Assembly (NCBI GenBank): GCA_010356995.1
Contig: ML996693.1
Span: forward strand, 1,054,001 to 1,118,000
DNA length: 64,000 nucleotides
Direction: 5' to 3'
From: Trichodelitschia bisporula
Lineage: Eukaryota
Part shown: in pieces, positions 11,901 to 25,186 of the stretch
Layout of the letters: each line of letters starts with the position of its first letter
Numbering within the stretch: position 1 is the first letter of the stretch
Program-made: the position numbers and the translations under genes
The notes under the pieces: generated by a model
Databases searched by the model: none
Seen by the model: the letters and a program-made list of their open reading frames with translations, nothing else
Told to the model about the DNA's origin: nothing

Positions 11901-14432
11901 CCTTGTCCTGGGCCGGAGATGCCTCAAGAATCGGCTGGAGAGTGTCGACAGTAGCGACAGGGCCCGAGTGGCGCGGCGATGTATATGCTGAGGAAGCATC
12001 GTCATGGACGTCCTTGGCTTCTGAGGCGACGGAGTGATACGAGTCGCTGTCGTGCTTCGCGTGCCCGTTGGTGTAGGGCTCCATCTCCACCTGCCGAACA
12101 CCATCAAGCTCATGGAGGAGATTGTCCAGTTTGTTGATGCTACGCTGGCGCTCGACAACGTGCTCGAGGCGCTCAATCTCGCGCTGCATCATTTCATGGT
12201 CCTGCTCCGCCTCGGCGAGGCGCTCCTCAAGGGTCGAGATGTACTCCTCGCAACTAGCCTCGTTTTCACGAGCGCGGGTCAACTCCTTGCGTAAGCCTTG
12301 GATCATCGCACTGCTCTTCTCCTCGCCGGTGGTTGCACCGGCAACGCGAGTCTCCAGATCGCGGAGATAGTTCTCGTCATTCATCTCACGGTCCATGGCC
12401 TTTTGGAGCCGGGACTGGAGCTGATGCGTAACCGTCTCCATGTACGCAATCTTGGTCTCCTTCTCGAGGAGCGTGCTCTCCGTGACGGACAGGGACGACC
12501 GAGTATTGGAGAGAGAAGCCTCTAGAGTTTGGATGGTCTTTTCGTACTCAAGCACAACCTGTTCAACCGCTTCCGCAAACGAGTTGGAACGCTTGAGCCG
12601 CTCCAGTGCAGTGTTGCCGACGGTGTCCCTCAGGATGGGAGTGTCTTCGGAGACATTATCGCGGGCCTTGGTAATTTCGGAAATGAGCTTCGCATGCCGC
12701 TGGCTCAGCGCGTTGTAGTTCTCTTGGATGTCGAGCAGCTGATTTTGAAGTTCGATATCACGCTCGTGCAGCCGCTCGGAGCGTTCCTGGGGAGCGGTCG
12801 CCTTGCGGTCAGTTCGCTCGGAGAGGCGGATCTGGTCGCGAAGAAAGGAAATTTCAGCACGGAGGCGTTCAATGATCGCTTGCTTGTCAGCGTCGTCGGA
12901 GTGCTGCTGGATCTGAGGTTTGCTCTGGATTGCGCGGGCGCGCTGCGCGTACTGTACGGTGTTAAGGGTTTCGCTGAGATGGAACTCGGCCGGGTTGACA
13001 CAGGCGACCATGTACGTAATGGCATTTCCACCGAGGGAGTCTTGCAGCAGGCGTGTCAATTTGGAATCACGGTAGCTGACGTGCGTGCCAGGCTGCCGTG
13101 ACGACAGCTGAGAGATGACCTTGCCCAAACTAGCCAGGCCCGCGTTGATGGAAATTCCCTCCTTAGCCCGCTCGCCTTGTGCACCAGTGTTCTTTAGGCG
13201 TTCGCTGCCAGCCAGATCCACGAAGTGCAGTTTGCTGTCGATGGTAACCCAGCTCTCGCCGCCGGACATGGCCTCCAGCGGGACGGACATGCGCTTTTCC
13301 TTGACCGATGTCTGCGCAGAGCTCCGCTTCTGGATTAGATTCAGGCTGAAGACGGCGTGTGACCGCGAAGACCGAGCGTTGACGGCGGTGGCGTCCGTCT
13401 GCCGGATCGAGGAGCCAAAATTGAGGGCATTGAGGAGATCTTCAACGGAGTTGACTGGCACCTGCTTCAGCCCTGTGAGCAGAATCCGGCCCTTTGGATC
13501 CTCGCGGATGGCAACCTGTGGCCGCTCGTTCATGGGTACCGTCTCGTCGATGAGCAAATCACGGAGCGATTCTTGGTATATCTAAAGGGATTAGCGGGGT
13601 CAGACAACAGACTAGTGTCGTACCTCGACGTAGCTGGCCTTGAGCTGCCAATTTTTGTCGGCACTCTTTGCGGCGTTTGTCGACAAGCCATTGGACATGG
13701 AGTAACGCGACGGGGCCTTGATGCCTGAACGGCCAGACGGACCGCAGAGCTTCTCAAATAGTGCTGCCGCAGCACGCGGTACGACACCTATAATTATCAG
13801 CGGACGGCCGGTGAAGGAGGCAATGCGTGTCGCCGCATTTTGCCTTGTCTCGGAGAAGACGTACCCATGACCTTTGCGTCGTTTTGCTCTGCCGGACCAG
13901 TTGTTCCCATGGTGTAAGACTTTCCAGCGCCGGATTGCCCGTATGCAAGAATTGAGACATTGTAGCCTTGAACGAAGGAGTTGACGCTCTCGCTGAGGTA
14001 CTCCCAAACTCCCTCTTGGTCCACCTCTTCACCAAAGACGCGGTCGAAAACGAAGAGTTTACGGCCCTGGGCCGACTCCACCGTCAGGTTCGTAGACGTC
14101 GAGACCTGGCACGTCGAGCCACGGAAGCGTTGTGGAACAAGGTCGTAGCCCGGATCGGCGGGGCGCAGAGGAGGGCGCACACGGACAGCTGTGTCGCGCA
14201 ACGTTAGTCAAAATGGTCGTGGACTCGGTTACCTCGAGTCGATAAAGCAATATCATTGCGCGCTATATAACTCACCAACTTTGACCGCAGTTTTCCCATC
14301 CTCGTCGGAGAACCGGCTACCGCCGTGTTTGCTCCCCATGCTCATGCGGCTCGAGGAACGGTTTGGGCGGACCATCGCGCTCATTGGGCGCGGCTTCGTC
14401 GCAGCAGGAGAATCGGGCGGCGAGGGAGACAT
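8956..14432 (-). CDS. Kinesin-4 family (KIF4/KIF21-like) motor with a long coiled-coil tail; introns 14189-14275, 13788-13864, 13582-13623, 9544-9597
   Basis: VKVAVRVRP, FVFDRVF, LAYGQSGAGKSYTMG (P-loop), NARSSRSHAVF (switch I), DLAGSER (switch II), HVSYRDSKLTRLLQDSLGGN; canonical splice sites. Confidence 0.95.
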
Positions 14433-17400
14433 GTTGCGTGCTTGTCAGACGACCGCCAAATCGTCCGTGGCAGGAGAAAATGCGTGGTAAAGATGCGACG
14501 CGCAATTGGTGATCAACCTGGAAGGTGGTGTTAATGGTAGACGTTCAAGAATGCGGCGATGGCTGACGGCGATAGTGGTTGTGGATAGAGAAGAGGGAAA
14601 CGTGTACGACAAGCATGTGCGACAACGCTGTTGTTGGTGATGGATGTTTGTGTTGCTGCACTTCGTTGTCGTGTCGACGCGCGGAACAAACGTGACGGAC
14701 GCGATGACGGGGGGAAGGGTTTCATACACCTAGGGTTCGCAACTCAGAATCTATGAAGCTGGGACCAGCTATTGGATGCGCATGCAATGGTGGATATTTG
14801 CGATGTCAAAATGCGTGAAGTAATAGGATTCTTGTCGAAGGACAGGAAGAAGGGATCGTCAACGAAGATTGGTGTTGCTGAGGCGGTGATGGGTGACCAG
14901 TAGTGGTGAGAAGGAGGATTTGGCGGGAGAGCTGGGGTCTGGGAAAGGCACCACGTTCTTCCGACAAGGCCCCGGGCTGCACTGCAGGATGTTGAGATGG
15001 AGAGACGGGATATTGGAGGAGCAAATGTTAGGGAGTGAGAGAAAAAATGATGTTGATGAGATGAAAAAGATGCTTTTCGGACCAGACAAGGAGTCCGTTG
15101 CTTCACTGATGCAGGGCGTCCTCTCTCTGCTTTTCGTCTGAACCGGGGGCGCGACACTCCCAGTCAAGTTAGGCTTAGGACTTTTTCGGGGAGGGGAGGG
15201 AGTGGGGAGAGAGGAGGGGGGGGTTGTGCAGCGCGGCAGCGATTCCTTTCGTTCAGGGGAAGGGCCCCTTTTGCGAACCGACTTGGTGTGTGTGCTTCGC
15301 GGGCCCAGCCTTGCAGCCACTCCCCGGTCCCGAAGCTACTTAATAGCCCCCGTATATTATCCGTGCCGCGCAGGGTCAGCGCAGAGTACCCCTAAAATTA
15401 CTCATTCTACCCAGCTTCCGTCGTATATCACGACTCTTCAAGCTTTCTACCGGTGTCAAGGCTTCTCCACCCCAGTCTCCACATGCACAGAAACATCCAC
15501 CCCCCCCCACAGGCCCCCCCATCCTTCGAACATCCCACTTCTTCTTGTCTTTTCTCCAAGTCTTTGCACTACCGATTTTTCCGTCCCCTGGATAAAGCAG
15601 TCCCAACCCTCCCACGATCTTCATTATCGTCCAAAGCCGCTCCCGACATACCGTAATGGCGCCTATATCGTGGCGGATATGCAGCAGGGCGTCAAACAAA
15701 AGTCACAAACAAACGGCCTTGTCACTTGCATCCGCGCCTCGACTCCCGTTAGCACGGAAACATGCAGCACACTGACCTTCTCGACGCCAATTCCTTCCTC
15801 GAAGCCCGTGCTCCCGGCCTCCACCTCCAACCCGCCACCACTCACCAGCCACCCTCACAGCCATCGCAGTGTGTGCCGCAACCGCGTGGAGGTCAAAGCC
15901 GCTCCCTCTACCGCGATGGCGTTGTTTTCAGACCCGCTCCCGCACCGTGATCATCCTCACGGACGGTGCACGCTTCATGCCCATGGCCGACTTCCGCGCG
16001 CGCGGCGCGCAAGTCGTTTCACCATTTCACCCGTTGACGGCGGCTGTCATCGCGGCTTCGAGCGCGCACGGCGGGCCAGCCTCCATATCTTGACACATGT
16101 CGTGCGCGTCTTTTCTGTGCCCTCGCATCTTTCCCGTCGACTTCATCCTTGCAGAGGGCTTTGCGCGCTTCCCTGCCGGCTGGCCCTGCCGAAGGTGTGC
16201 ATATAATAGAGTTCGAAAACGCGCTTCGGCAATTTGGAGACTCGACGCGGATAACTTGGTTCTTGTGTTGTTGTCGTGTGGGTTCGAATTTTCCTGCTTT
16301 TTGCTCACTTCGTTGCCCATGACGCTCTCCCTGTCCGCTTTGATCTGCACCGATTCATCGGCCGGCATGAAGTGCGGTGCAAAAGTCAACGCTGTGCTGA
16401 AACTCATGTCGTCGCCGAAGCTAACCTTAGTCGCCACGTGGAAATGGGCCTGCCCTTGACTTACGATACATTCCGTGCGCTCCAGGAACCAGGGCTATTG
16501 AGTAACGTACCGCGTGCTGTTGCATATCGGACGACCCGCTGATCATATCGCTTGTTTCGCTGAGACTCCGTCCATTAATGGCGCACAAAAGATGTTGATC
16601 GCCCTTCGGACAATTAGTATCCATTGTATTGAGGGTTTGCTTCGCCTCGCCCAGTATTGCCGACGATGCCGCTCTCGTGGTGACGAGGAGATCGCGGATA
16701 CGGACTATCGACCAGAATAGATGGCGACACGATTTGGGCACGCAAGCTGCATATCAATACCAGATGCTTTCTCCGGGATCGAAGAAGCTTTGGGACGTCG
16801 AGATAATGCACAGGAAACGCGTTCTTGCAGGTTGCATATTGAGTGGTGCCTTGTCAGCATGCACAGCTGAAACACCGAGTGGGTCTCGGAAGTTATGGCC
16901 AGATAGCTTTTGTGAGAACATCACTTAGAACGGCAATGACTTTCTTACCTTGCCCCAGGTTCTCTGACCCCCACATTCCCGGACGGACGCTCTAAATACT
17001 GCCAATCCATTATCAGCTCCTTTCCGGGCTATATTGCGGCGAACAAACCGACGGCCCTCGTCCGTACTCGCCAGGAGAGCACTGAGCGTTTACCTCCTAA
17101 GCATATGCTCATCTCTTTTACTTCCGCCGCGGCCTCTCTCAATGGATGATAGAATTGCCGCTATCCGCGCGGTCCATGTCCATGTGTTATATCGCAACCT
17201 CGGTACCCCATTAAGATCCATTGGTTGTCGTCCTCCGCAAGACCAATTTGCTCCACGTCACTTTTGCAATATCGGAGATCTACAGCCAAAGATGGGCTCC
17301 GGTACGGGAGGGAAGGTGCCGGAGTTTCTACTCAAGACTGGATCGCACCCCCGTTTGTGTTCTCTCGAGCCGGTCGCTACGGGCCCGCCAATATCCGCGA

Positions 17401-18869
17401 CTGTTATTGTGGCTCGGCTGGATTGTGGCTGTACGGAGATATCACGGCGGAGTGACGGGCGGATTCCAAGGGCTTAGAGGAGAGTAAGCCATGTCGAAGC
17501 GTTCGGATGGATTTCGTACGTACTATCTGTCCTCAGTCTCCCCACTTAAAGCATCTCAGCACCATGATCGAAATCGGCTTCGATCAGCGAAGTCCCGGCT
17601 CCGGCATAGCTCTTATCACTCTCGTTGTCTTTCACATTCATTGCCTGGTCAACCGACTTAGCCGACCCCGGTATCCTCCATGGGCGCTCGCCTATCGTAA
17701 AGCAAAGAGCCTGTGGAAACGGCGTCCGTTCTCGTCATTCAGCGGGTCAGCAATACAGCGGTGCTTCCGTGGCAATTCCTAGATGCTGTGTGACATCGTA
17801 ACATTCCCAGTCGAAAGGCAAAAGTCGATGACAAAGCCAGAGCCAACGTGCCCACAAGCAGCATCATCTCACCACACGAGGGATGAAGACGTTGTTGACC
17901 TCAAGGCTGGCGTGAACATCCTACCGTATGGTCGTTGCGGGCCAATCAGCAGTTCTCCTTTCCAAGCAGCTAGCCAATCATAGCTACCGGTAGAACTAGC
18001 AGCCGCCTCAGGGCTGATAGCATCGAGAGCCGACCACGGCGATTTGACAATGCCGTCACGAGCCGTCGAAGCCCCGCACATCGGCGGTAATTTTGCCGAG
18101 GATATGACACCATGGCACAATCTCTACCGGTATATATACCGGTCCTGTTCCACAGGTCATTGAATCGGAGACTTCTTCCCCGTTTCATGACCAAGAGCGT
18201 CCGGGGCAGCGTTTGTGCGGGAGCACAACGTGTGGACCTGCGCCGCCGAGCGGGGGGTCAACATATCGAGCAGCAAGTCGAAGGACTAACCGTGCAGTCC
18301 GGCGATGAACACGATGCCGACAGCCACTTCGCAGTCGCTTACTTCCTTCTGAGACAGCGTCCCCGGTGTTGAAGTCCGCCGAGGACCGCTCGCGTGCATG
18401 AAGGGGCGGTGCTTCGATATCTGCTTTCAGGAACTTTGCGGACTTTTGGTCGCTCGAAAGGTGCGTTATTCCGGGGGTGGGAGATATTATGTCATGCCTA
18501 CTGACGCTCATTTAGCCTGACTATCGCCACACCTCCCACCTCATTCCGCTTCGAGAATATGCACACGGGCTTCCTACGCCAGCTCGTCATGACTGCCCCA
18601 ATGACTCAATGCACCCCCCAACATCGTCTTATCGGCTCCAAAACACGCTGTTCGACTCGGTACCGAAGAAGACTGGAAGCTTTGGCAAAGATGTCACCAG
18701 CGGAAGGATCGCCTGGGGTAAAAGTGGCCCTGGAGGTTTGCGGAAGTGATTGACGGTCGAGAGATGCACAACTCCGCTATCCAGTCGAAAGGTTCCGCGC
18801 TCAGACAACATGGGAAGCACTTGTGGCACCCGAGCTTTGGAGTCTTTTTTACGGACCTAACTCCATGAT

Positions 18870-19930
18870 AGAGTGGAGTGACAGGCGTAAACATACTCTG
18901 CTTCAGCCCATCCTGAGGAGACTCAGGGGTGCAATTTGAAGGCCGGTGGTAATGTCTACAGTGCTCAATATTCCGCTGACGCCGAGATTGTGTTTTGTGT
19001 CCTTGAAATATGGGCTGCCGTAGCAGATGGTTCTCTGAGGAATCGCTGCTTCGATGCCTCTCAGACAAACTTTGGATAGCCGTCTGCTGCGACAACTGAA
19101 CTTCAAGGTCACAAAGCATGGTCTCATTATCGGTGGTATAGTGAGCGTGGTTAACGAAACCACTGGCCTTCTTACTGTGAACCCTGAGCTCCCTCAAAAC
19201 GGGCTTTGTCAGGGCATGTTTACGTCTGCTACTCTACTTTATTGCGGAATTGATGTAAAATAGAGAGAGGCCTCTGGGGATCTCATTCACGACTTCACTC
19301 TCTAAGATGGATTGCAGTGGTAGGCGTGTGCATGCTCTGCCGGAGACTGCCCTGAGGAAGCTCAGGCCTACAATTCGAAGGCCAGTGGCAAGCTCCACCA
19401 TGCTCGGATATTCCGCCAATTCCCTGGTCCCATTTGGTATCCATAAAGTCAACATTGTCGTAGCAGATGGCTATTGGAGGAATCACCGTTTCTAGGTCTC
19501 TTATAGCACCCTCAGATGGCCACCTGTTACGACAATGTCAACTTCATGGACACCAAATGCGACCTACACATTGGTGTAATGGCAAGCATAGTTGGTGTCG
19601 TTACCGGCCTTCTCATTGTGAACCCTAAGCTTCCTCAGAATGGACTTCGCAAGATATGCTCAGATCTACCATGCCACCCGTTGCGTCAATGCCAAGCTCA
19701 AGTTTTGTATCCATGAAATTGACGTTATCATAGCAGATGACTATCTGACGAATTGCTCTGGGGTCCCTCGGACAGCCCGTGGATAGCCTTCTGTTATGAT
19801 ACGTCAATTTCATGGGAACCATGCGTGAGTTCGGCATTTGCGCAGAAGCGAATGGTAAACCTTACCACTGGCCTTCTTGTTGTAACCCCTTTCTTAGGGC
19901 GGTCTTCGTCGAGCATGCATACGCTCGCGG
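18870..19930. repeat. Array of six diverged ~60-170 bp units in alternating orientation, each encoding an 'IAICYDNVNFMDTK...TGLLxVNPELPQxGLRQSM' fragment
   Basis: Approximate units: 19031-18870(-), 19076-19240(+), 19474-19310(-), 19516-19680(+), 19744-19685(-, truncated), 19783-19930(+). Confidence 0.8.
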
Positions 19931-22235
19931 GTCTCTGTATATATCACTTCTGTCCTATAATTCATCGAGTCTAAGATTTCTTCCCAGCTTGATCAACAAT
20001 ATGGCAAAATCGCTCCTTTCCATTTCCACCCAACCCAATCCGTTCATGATCACCAGTCTTGAGCTTAACATGCTCTGCCATTTTGCCTAAATCGGATCCG
20101 GAAATCATCCTCAGCATCATCCTGCGCTTCAACTTATTCTTCCTCAGACGTTACTACCGATGTACATTATTCACTCTGTCGTACCGCTGTTCTTTTCACT
20201 CTGCCGTTCGGAGGTGACAGAAGCAAAATATCGTTGCTCGAGATGGAGATCGGAACCAGATCAAGTCAGACAGTACGAGAAGCCAAACTTCCAGTAAGCA
20301 GGGTCTGGCATCAAGGATGCAGGATACCGTCTTTTTTCTCTGCAACAGACTGACTCGTAACACTTCCATGCAGGACCATCGAAAGTTCGCTGCATGGGCG
20401 CCACTGGCGATTGGCCCAAGCCGCGCCGCAGGCGGCGCAACCCATCTCCAACATCGAAACGGACGGCCTGCATCCGCAGGCACGGATGGACCGGATTGGC
20501 CATACCGGGTGGCAGACGGCAATTGATATGGAAATCACATCCGATATCGGCACCACTCGACTTCAGTCATGATACATCCTCTCCCACGTTTCACCCCCTC
20601 ACTCACCCCGCCTGAAACACATCATCCGTCGCACTGACACCGCATCTACCCCGCTGCAACCCACCGAAAGACCCCGCGTGAAACAATTCATCCCAGACGC
20701 CAATCAGCTTATCTTACGCCCCTCCCGCTCATGCCGTCGAAGAAAAAATCAGACGGTGGAGGTGCGGATTGGCTGAGATGTGCTCGTTCAACGAGGATTT
20801 CTAGATGGCTGTCGGGTGGGGTGCCCGTTAAGCCGGTTGATCGGACCGGCTTTCAGATCTCGTTCGGCAGTTGTGGGTGTATTTGCCGGCGGGGATTCGG
20901 GCCGGGTGCCGGGTCCCAGGATGGGATCTTGGAGGATTGGTGTGGGTTGATTGTTGTTCGGTCTGCAGTGGACCTCGTCATGCGTTGCTGTCGGCAATAG
21001 CACTTCGTATGTTGCGTGGGAGCGGGAATGATACTCGTTCGACATATTCTCCGAGCCCGGGGACGCAGGCATTGGAGAGCAAGCTCGGAGCTATGGCCTT
21101 CCCAGGCTGTGATCCAGGTTCAAAACCGGGGTATAATTTGGGTCCCAAAAACGTACTCGACCGAAGCTTGCTGCGGGGACGGTACAGGTCTTAGTTGGCT
21201 TGATATCCCGCCTGTCACTGACTCTCAAGGACTAGATGTTGGGCATTTCCGCTGTTGCCACACTTGCGGATGACTCTGTTCGAGCATTATCAGCCGTACA
21301 ATTATACCCCAGAACTCTTCGACGCATTGAGGACGATAATATTTGTCTCCTTGCAATTTGGGGTAATTCCATATGGTGTGTTAGCGGAAGCGCTAGAATC
21401 CTGACGGCGGACGCTGGATAAGGTAAAGGAGATCCAGTGCTCCTTCCACCACTATGTGACAGAAGAGGAGCCTTCGGGAAGTTACGGGGCTGAGTTTCCC
21501 GGTCCGCGAAATAATTGAACGGAATCCGAAAGAAAGGTCGTTGCGGTCGGAACCCATGGATGTGCGCAACCTGACGGACGAACTGGACTCTGTGGAAAAG
21601 CTTAAGCTCATTGCTCTTAATTTATTATCACCCTTACCCACGCTCATTAGCTGAATTAGATCCCCGGAATCGAAGAACGATTACCCGGCTAGAACATCTC
21701 AAGCGAATACGCGGGCTGAAACCGTTTGGCGTTGCAACCCTGCACTGGCCCGCTTTGCAATCCACACTATTGAAGCGGTACCGGGCGTTTGAGTTGCCGG
21801 AGTCGTATTATTGAATGTAGGAGGAGTTGAAAATGCTTCATCTTGTTGGACAGCTTAGAGGCGGACTCGAAATCAAGAACGTTGACGTCACCAAGCAGGG
21901 TCCCGCTAGCGGCCCGTCCCGGCCGGTTGTTGTCCCACCTCACGAGAATTTCGTCTCAACTTCAATCACAACGTCGCTTCGCTCACGTACATCGATCGTG
22001 GGTATAACTGAAAGTCCCTGGGCTCAATTTTTTGTATCAGTGCTCAATGCCAACGTCTGCACATCATCCATAACCGCAAACAAGCAAAGGAATTCATTAC
22101 TTACTCTCTGGAAAAAAGGAATTTAGCTAGGGCGGCAGTTCAGACAGCACATCTCTAGATAAGAGAAGCCCCCGTGACTCAAGAATCGCTGTCATCAGAA
22201 CTACCATCCTCAAGTTCATCGTCACCCCAAAAATC

Positions 22236-23207
22236 TTAAGGGTCAGGAAACCGGTCAACCTCGTCTGCGCCCAGGCATCCAGGCTTCGGCCTGGACATTG
22301 GGGCCCCGGCAGGACCAAGGTACCAGCGCACCGACACTACCTCCTTCCGTTGTTCATCATTGACAGATAGCATATGGGAAAAATGATCCCGCCCTCTGCG
22401 GTCGATAAAATCTTCGACGTACTCCTCAATATCATCGTCGCGAGGCTCCTCGTCGCGCAAAATAAAATCAGGAGGACCAACGATAAACCAACGGAAGCGG
22501 TAGGGCGTGACGTTAGCCTTCTCCTCAAGGCCGAGCTTAAAGTTCTCTAGACAAGCGTGGACCTGTACAAAGTACAACTCATCGATCTCCTTCTGGCAAC
22601 CTGGGCAGTTGCACTTGCGACTCTGCACGTCCGTGACCTCGATGTCAACTTGCGCCCGGTCGTCGCGGGTAACTAGGATGCGAAGAAGATACTCGAACGG
22701 AACAGGATCGTCGACCGGAACAAGCCCCTTCCAGGAGTGCGTTGGGATCTCCCAGTGGACATGGATGTAGCGGAAATTCAGAAGGGCCTCTACTTCGAAG
22801 ACGTCGCTGGCAGGGTTTGAGGAGGCATTGAGGTAGGTGACGTATTTTGCCTCTTTATAGATCAAGTCCCTGGCCTCCGCCTCTACTTGATGGTATACCC
22901 AGAGACACCCGAAGTTGTCAGTCTGGTCCCAGGGCCGGGAAGGGTGGAACTTGGGCTCTACCTTCTTCTTGCGTTTGTTTGTTATCCTGGTAAAGCCGGG
23001 GGAGGTGGGTGGCGCTTTATCCACGATCTCTTTTCCGCGTAGCTCTTTCGTAATTTCGCCATTCGGATAGAACGTCTCACGATAAACCATCCATCGCAGC
23101 TCGAGGGGAAGGGCGAGGAAGGGGAAAATATCCTTAGAACGCGGTCCAGCCGCGTCAAGGTTTCGGTCGTTGGGCGTCGGGCCCGATTCTTCAAATCCGT
23201 TAGCCAT
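22236..23207 (-). CDS. Hypothetical protein with an N-terminal F-box-like/2EXR-like motif
   Basis: 323-aa ORF containing FPFLALPLELRWMVYRETF, typical of fungal F-box-like orphan proteins; natural protein composition. Confidence 0.6.
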   Translation of the reverse strand: MANGFEESGPTPNDRNLDAAGPRSKDIFPFLALPLELRWMVYRETFYPNGEITKELRGKEIVDKAPPTSPGFTRITNKRKKKVEPKFHPSRPWDQTDNFGCLWVYHQVEAEARDLIYKEAKYVTYLNASSNPASDVFEVEALLNFRYIHVHWEIPTHSWKGLVPVDDPVPFEYLLRILVTRDDRAQVDIEVTDVQSRKCNCPGCQKEIDELYFVQVHACLENFKLGLEEKANVTPYRFRWFIVGPPDFILRDEEPRDDDIEEYVEDFIDRRGRDHFSHMLSVNDEQRKEVVSVRWYLGPAGAPMSRPKPGCLGADEVDRFPDP

Positions 23208-23325
23208 TTCGAAGACTGTATCAGAAAGTAGTCTGGGGGTGGACGGGAAGACGGATAGAGTGTGTCCAGCCTATCATATAGGCATATATCGATTGAATGT
23301 GATTGTAGTAACAGGAGTGTGATAG

Positions 23326-23410
23326 CCTAGTTATAATGCTGTGATGTCTAGTTGTGATGCTGTGATACTTTAGCAGTGATGCTGTGATAGACTAGTTGTG
23401 ATGCTGCGAT
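23326..23410. repeat. Degenerate ~21-22 bp tandem repeat (CTAGTTGTGATGCTGTGATA)
   Basis: About four consecutive imperfect units upstream of the F-box-like ORF. Confidence 0.6.
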
Positions 23411-23734
23411 AATCTCACTTTGTGATATTCAACTGTGTTAGCTTGCTGTGGCCGAATAACGGTAAATGCTTGGGCATATTGAGTGTCGACTGCAGATAAA
23501 AGATCTCCCCGAGCAACGCCCCACGCCGGCCGCCGCCTCGGGTTCACCCTTGAATCCAGTCTTCCCCCTGATGACCTCGACCTGCCGGAACGGCTCAGAT
23601 GAAGAAGCATCTATTGCTCAACCCGATCTCACACAATGCAGCCCCTTTCTCCCCATAACGCCATTCAGATCAAATATCACCGCCACCGCTCCGCGTTACA
23701 CACCCGAAACCTACATACCCCCCCATCACCCAAC

Positions 23735-24638
23735 CTAAAGCAAACTCCGCTCCACAGCCCTCAGTTCCCGCCTAACCTGCTCCCTCAACTCCCTCGCCAA
23801 CCCCACCCCCTCCGCCTCGTCCATATCCTCCCTCTGCCCGCGCCCAAACATGCGCCAACTGTGTGAAAGCGGCGCCGCTGTCTCCGGCCTAGGGATGATG
23901 TGGAAGTGCACGTGGGGCACGACTTGGGCGGCGCGCTCGCCTGGGGTGTTTAGTATGTAACCTGGGATGCGGAGATTGTGGTTGTAGGGCATACCGTTGT
24001 TTTGCACGATGTTGTAGTCGCTTACGTTGGTGACTTTTGTGACGGCGCGGGCGAGTATCGGGAGCCAGAAACCTGGGGGTGTTAGTGGGGAGGGGAATTG
24101 GGGAGGGGGGGGGGGTATACCGATGTCCCGGCCTTCGCGTGAGGTTATGTCGGTTAGCTTGGGGCGGTGGGCGCGGGTGCAGACTGTGGCGTCAGTACCC
24201 GTTACATGAACTCTCAGGTAATGAGGGCAACGCCAAACATACCCTACACACGTCAGCTCTCATCCCACAACCACTGCCCCCCAATCTCCCACGCAGTAAG
24301 GGTGCACGTACAAGCAAGTGCCCACGCGTCATAGGCATGATATCCAAGAACGCAACGACATTATGGCCCGATAGAACGAGGAAGCACTCTGGGTCCACAG
24401 CTGTTGAATCTGTGACCTCGGGCACGTCGGTAATGGATGGTTCGGGGACGACAGCGGTGTCGGGCGTGGACACATCAGGCCCGGCCTGGAGGTCGTGGAA
24501 CGGCGCGGCGTACGCTGAGGCGATGTTGCAGAAGGGGCAGGATTGGGGATATTGTGCGTCTAGACCCTGTGTGCCGTTGTCCAGTGCTTCGGCTTCGGCG
24601 GCGGCGAGAGCGCCGGGGAAGGAGGGCTCGTTGGGCAT
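23735..24638 (-). CDS. HIT (histidine triad) family nucleotide hydrolase; exons 24638-24312, 24243 (1 nt), 24183-24121, 24072-23995, 23940-23735
   Basis: CPFCNI, VVAFLDIMPMTRGHLLVCTRAH, YNIVQNNGERAAQVVPHVHFHIIPR (HxHxH triad). Four introns with GT donors and YAG acceptors. Confidence 0.9.
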
Positions 24639-25186
24639 GTTGCTCGCTGGGTGGTCGCGTGGAGGTTCAAGGGTTGGGAATTGAGTGGAGGAGCTATAGG
24701 GACGATTGGGCTGTAGGATTAGGGTTCTAGGTTCGCGAAGGGATTGCACGAGGTATGGCCGTTTGACAGGCCGCCGGGACTGTTTGCGCTGGCGGGTGAC
24801 GTCGCGGTTGAGGCTGTTGAGGTTGTCGGCTTGAGGGCGCTAGTCGGGCGCGAGCAGGGGGCAGTGTGGGGTAGTGTGGCGTTTCGTGTAGGTTGGTGGG
24901 GTTGCCGACAACAGGGAATGGGGTGCGGGGAAGACGGGTGAGCAAGGAGTAGGAAAGCGGAACTAAGAATGAGATAGGGACGGGTGAAGTCGAATTGGTG
25001 GTGAATGTTCCGGTCAGGCAACGTGGGCCGAGAGGTACGTCACAGTGATCGACTAGTTCTAGGAAGGCGCACGAGATGTGTTCCTGCATATGTATCTGAA
25101 TCGGGAAATCTATCCAACGCCTGCAATGCTTCACGGATGACAAGAGCAATATCAGTCCAACCCCCACTCAAACACCGTCCGTCCGA

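Noticed and set aside
15202..16437. 334-aa (+) and 136-aa (-) ORFs
   Set aside because: No domain signature; composition is consistent with chance ORFs in GC-rich DNA
18870..19930. CRISPR-like or tandem gene array
   Set aside because: Eukaryotic context; units are long, diverged, alternately inverted and frameshifted, not identical repeats with spacers
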